Assembly: GCA_964016885.1 (NCBI GenBank) | Contig: OZ024742.1 | Coordinates: forward strand, 18,290,001 to 18,354,000 | Reading direction: 5' to 3' | Origin: Eledone cirrhosa | Lineage: Eukaryota | Length of the DNA stretch: 64,000 nt | Part shown: piece after piece, positions 61,901 to 64,000 of the stretch | Numbering within the stretch: the stretch's first letter is position 1 | Layout of the letters: every line of letters begins with the position of its first letter | Notes under the pieces: generated by a model | The model's database searches: none | What the model was told of the DNA's origin: nothing | The model's input: only the letters and a program-made list of their open reading frames with translations | Translations under genes and position numbers: made by a program

Positions 61901-64000
61901 GTCTTTTGACAGTAGAGACGAAGGGTTGCGACTTACTACGTCTCTTGACAATAGAGACGAAGGGTTGCGACTTACTACGTCTCTTGACAGTAGAGACGAA
62001 GGGTTGCGACTTACTACGTCTCTTGACAGTAGAGACGAAGGGTTGCGACTTACTACGTCTCTTGACAGTAGGGACGAAGGGTTACGACTTACTACGTCTC
62101 TTGACAATAGAGACGAAGGGTTGCGACTTACTACGTCTCTTAACAGTAGGGACGAAGGGTTACGACTTACTACGTCTCTTGACAAAAGAGACGAAGGGTT
62201 GCGACTTACTACGTCTCTTGACAATCGAGACGAAGGGTTGCGACTTACTACGTCTCTTGACAATGGAAACGAAGGGTTACGACTTACTACGACTCTTGAC
62301 AGTAGAGACGAAGGGTTGCGACTTACTAGTCTCTTGACAATAGAGACGAAGGGTTGCGACTTACTACGTCTCTTGACAATAGAGACGAAGGGTTACGACT
62401 TACTACGTCTCTTGACAATAGAGACGAAGGGTTGCGACTTACTACGTCTCTTGACAGTAGAGACGAAGGGTTGCGACTTACTACGTCTCTTGACAATAGA
62501 GACGAAGGGTTGCGACTTACTACGTCTCTTGACAGTAGAGACGAAGGGTTGCGACTTACTACGTCTCTTAACAATAGAGACGAAGGGTTGCGACTTACTA
62601 CGTCTCTTTACAATAGAGACGAAGGGTTACGACTTACTACGTCTCTTGACAATAGAGACGAAGGGTTGCGACTTACTACGTCTCTTGACAATGGAGACGA
62701 AGGGTTACGACTTACTACGTCTCTTGACAGTAGAGACGAAGGGTTGCGATTTACTACGTCTCTTGACAATAGAGACGATGGGTTACGACTTACTACGTCT
62801 CTTGACAATAGAGACGAAGGGTTGCGACTTACAACGTCTCTTGACAGTAGAGACGAAGGGTTGCGACCTACTACGTCTCTTGACAATAGAGACGAAGGGT
62901 TGCGATTTACTACGTCTCTTGACAGTAGAGACGAACGGTTACAACTTACTACGTCACTGGACAGTAGAGACGAAGGGTTGCTACTTACTACGTCTCTTGA
63001 TAATAGAGACGTAGGGTTGCGACTTACTACGTCTCTTGACAGTAGTGACGAAGGGTTGCGACTTACTACGTCTCTTGACAATAGAGATGAAGGGTTACGA
63101 CTTACTACGTCTCTTGACAGTAGAGACGAAGGGTTACGACTTACTACGTCTCTTGACAATAGAGACGAAGGGTTGCGACTTACTACGTCTCTTGACAGTA
63201 GAGACGAAGGGTTACGACTTACTACGTCTCTTGACAGTAGAGACGAAGGGTTGCGACTTACTACGTCTCTTGACAATCGAGACGAAGGGTTGCGACTTAC
63301 TACGTCTCTTGACAAAAGAGACGAAGGGTTGCGACTTACTACGTCTCTTGACAATCGAGACGAAGGGTTGCGACTTACTACGTCTCTTGACAAAAGAGAC
63401 GAAGGGTTGCGACTTACTACGTCTCTTGACAATCGAGACGAAGGGTTGCGACTTACTACGTCTCTTGACAATGGAAACGAAGGGTTACGACTTACTACGA
63501 CTCTTGACAGTAGAGACGAAGGGTTGCGACTTACTAGTCTCTTGACAATAGAGACGAAGGGTTGCGACTTACTACGTCTCTTGACAATAGAGACGAAGGG
63601 TTACGACTTACTACGTCTCTTGACAATAGAGACGAAGGGTTACGACCTACTACGTCTCTTGACAGTAGAGACGAAGGGTTACGACTTACTACGTCTCTTG
63701 ACAGTAGAGACGAAGGGTTACGACTTACTACGTCTCTTGACGGTAAAGAGGAAGGGTTACGACTTACTACGTCTCTTGACAGTAGAGACGAAGGGTTGCG
63801 ACTTACTACGTCTCTTGACAGTAGAGACGAAGGGTTGCGACTTACTACGTCTCTTGTCAATGGAGACGAAGGGTTACGACTTACTACGTCTCTTGACAAT
63901 AGAGACGAAGGGTTGCGACTTACTACGTCTCTTGACAGTAGAGACGAAGGGTTGCGACTTACTAGTCTCTTGACAATAGAGACGAAGGGTTGCGACTTAC
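22947..64000. repeat. 39-bp tandem satellite array, ~1050 units, head-to-tail, running past the window end
   Basis: Consensus TACTACGTCTCTTGACARTAGAGACGAAGGGTTRCGACT; 41,054 bp / 39 is about 1053 units. No spacers, insertions or inversions seen. The only length variants found are 16 units of 38 bp. Confidence 0.99.

Noticed and set aside
22441-63973. Giant plus-strand ORFs (RLTTSLDNRDEGL and ETKGCDLLRLLTI repeats, LxxLL/LRR-like)
   Set aside because: Expected from a 39-bp unit lacking stops in several frames. The overlapping frames are equally open, contain recurrent stops and frameshifts, and have no unique N- or C-terminal domain.
22947-64000. CRISPR array (palindromic ~39-bp repeats)
   Set aside because: Units are directly head-to-tail with no unique spacers, no cas genes are present, and the context is spliced eukaryotic genes.
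22947-64000. TTGACA bacterial -35 box, or a synthetic Golden Gate cassette (paired BsmBI sites)
   Set aside because: The hexamers follow from the hairpin sequence. Natural-looking hierarchical mutations and the genomic junction argue against vector or bacterial origin.
22947-64000. Satellite unit as a hammerhead ribozyme (stem followed by GAA)
   Set aside because: No CUGANGA box precedes the stem on either strand.

Overview
AT-rich animal genomic DNA. The SINE/LINE families and microsatellite content look like octopus/cephalopod, which is an inference. The first ~22.9 kb holds two convergent spliced genes. NGLY1 (peptide:N-glycanase, + strand) is present as its last four coding exons (2713-6738), with the Cys-His-Asp triad intact. 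ADAL/MAPDA (N6-methyl-AMP deaminase-like, - strand) is complete: 8 coding exons, 20650 down to 9173, about 346 aa. It carries an unusual TDD->TDG substitution at a substrate-binding Asp. Introns and flanks contain decayed RTE, CR1-like and CRE-like LINE fragments, tRNA-derived SINEs, hAT, Mariner and piggyBac-type MITEs, three minisatellites and a Penelope-type minimal hammerhead motif. From 22947 to the window end (41 kb, ~1050 copies, continuing past the edge) is one 39-bp satellite, TACTACGTCTCTTGACARTAGAGACGAAGGGTTRCGACT. Each unit has a perfect 7-bp hairpin and two common A/G variant sites, and the array shows kilobase-scale higher-order duplications marked by 38-bp deletion units. The giant ORFs in the array are most likely an artefact of the 39 = 3x13 period. 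I see no clearly novel multi-gene system. The best leads are the satellite architecture, the altered ADAL active site and the intronic hammerhead motif.
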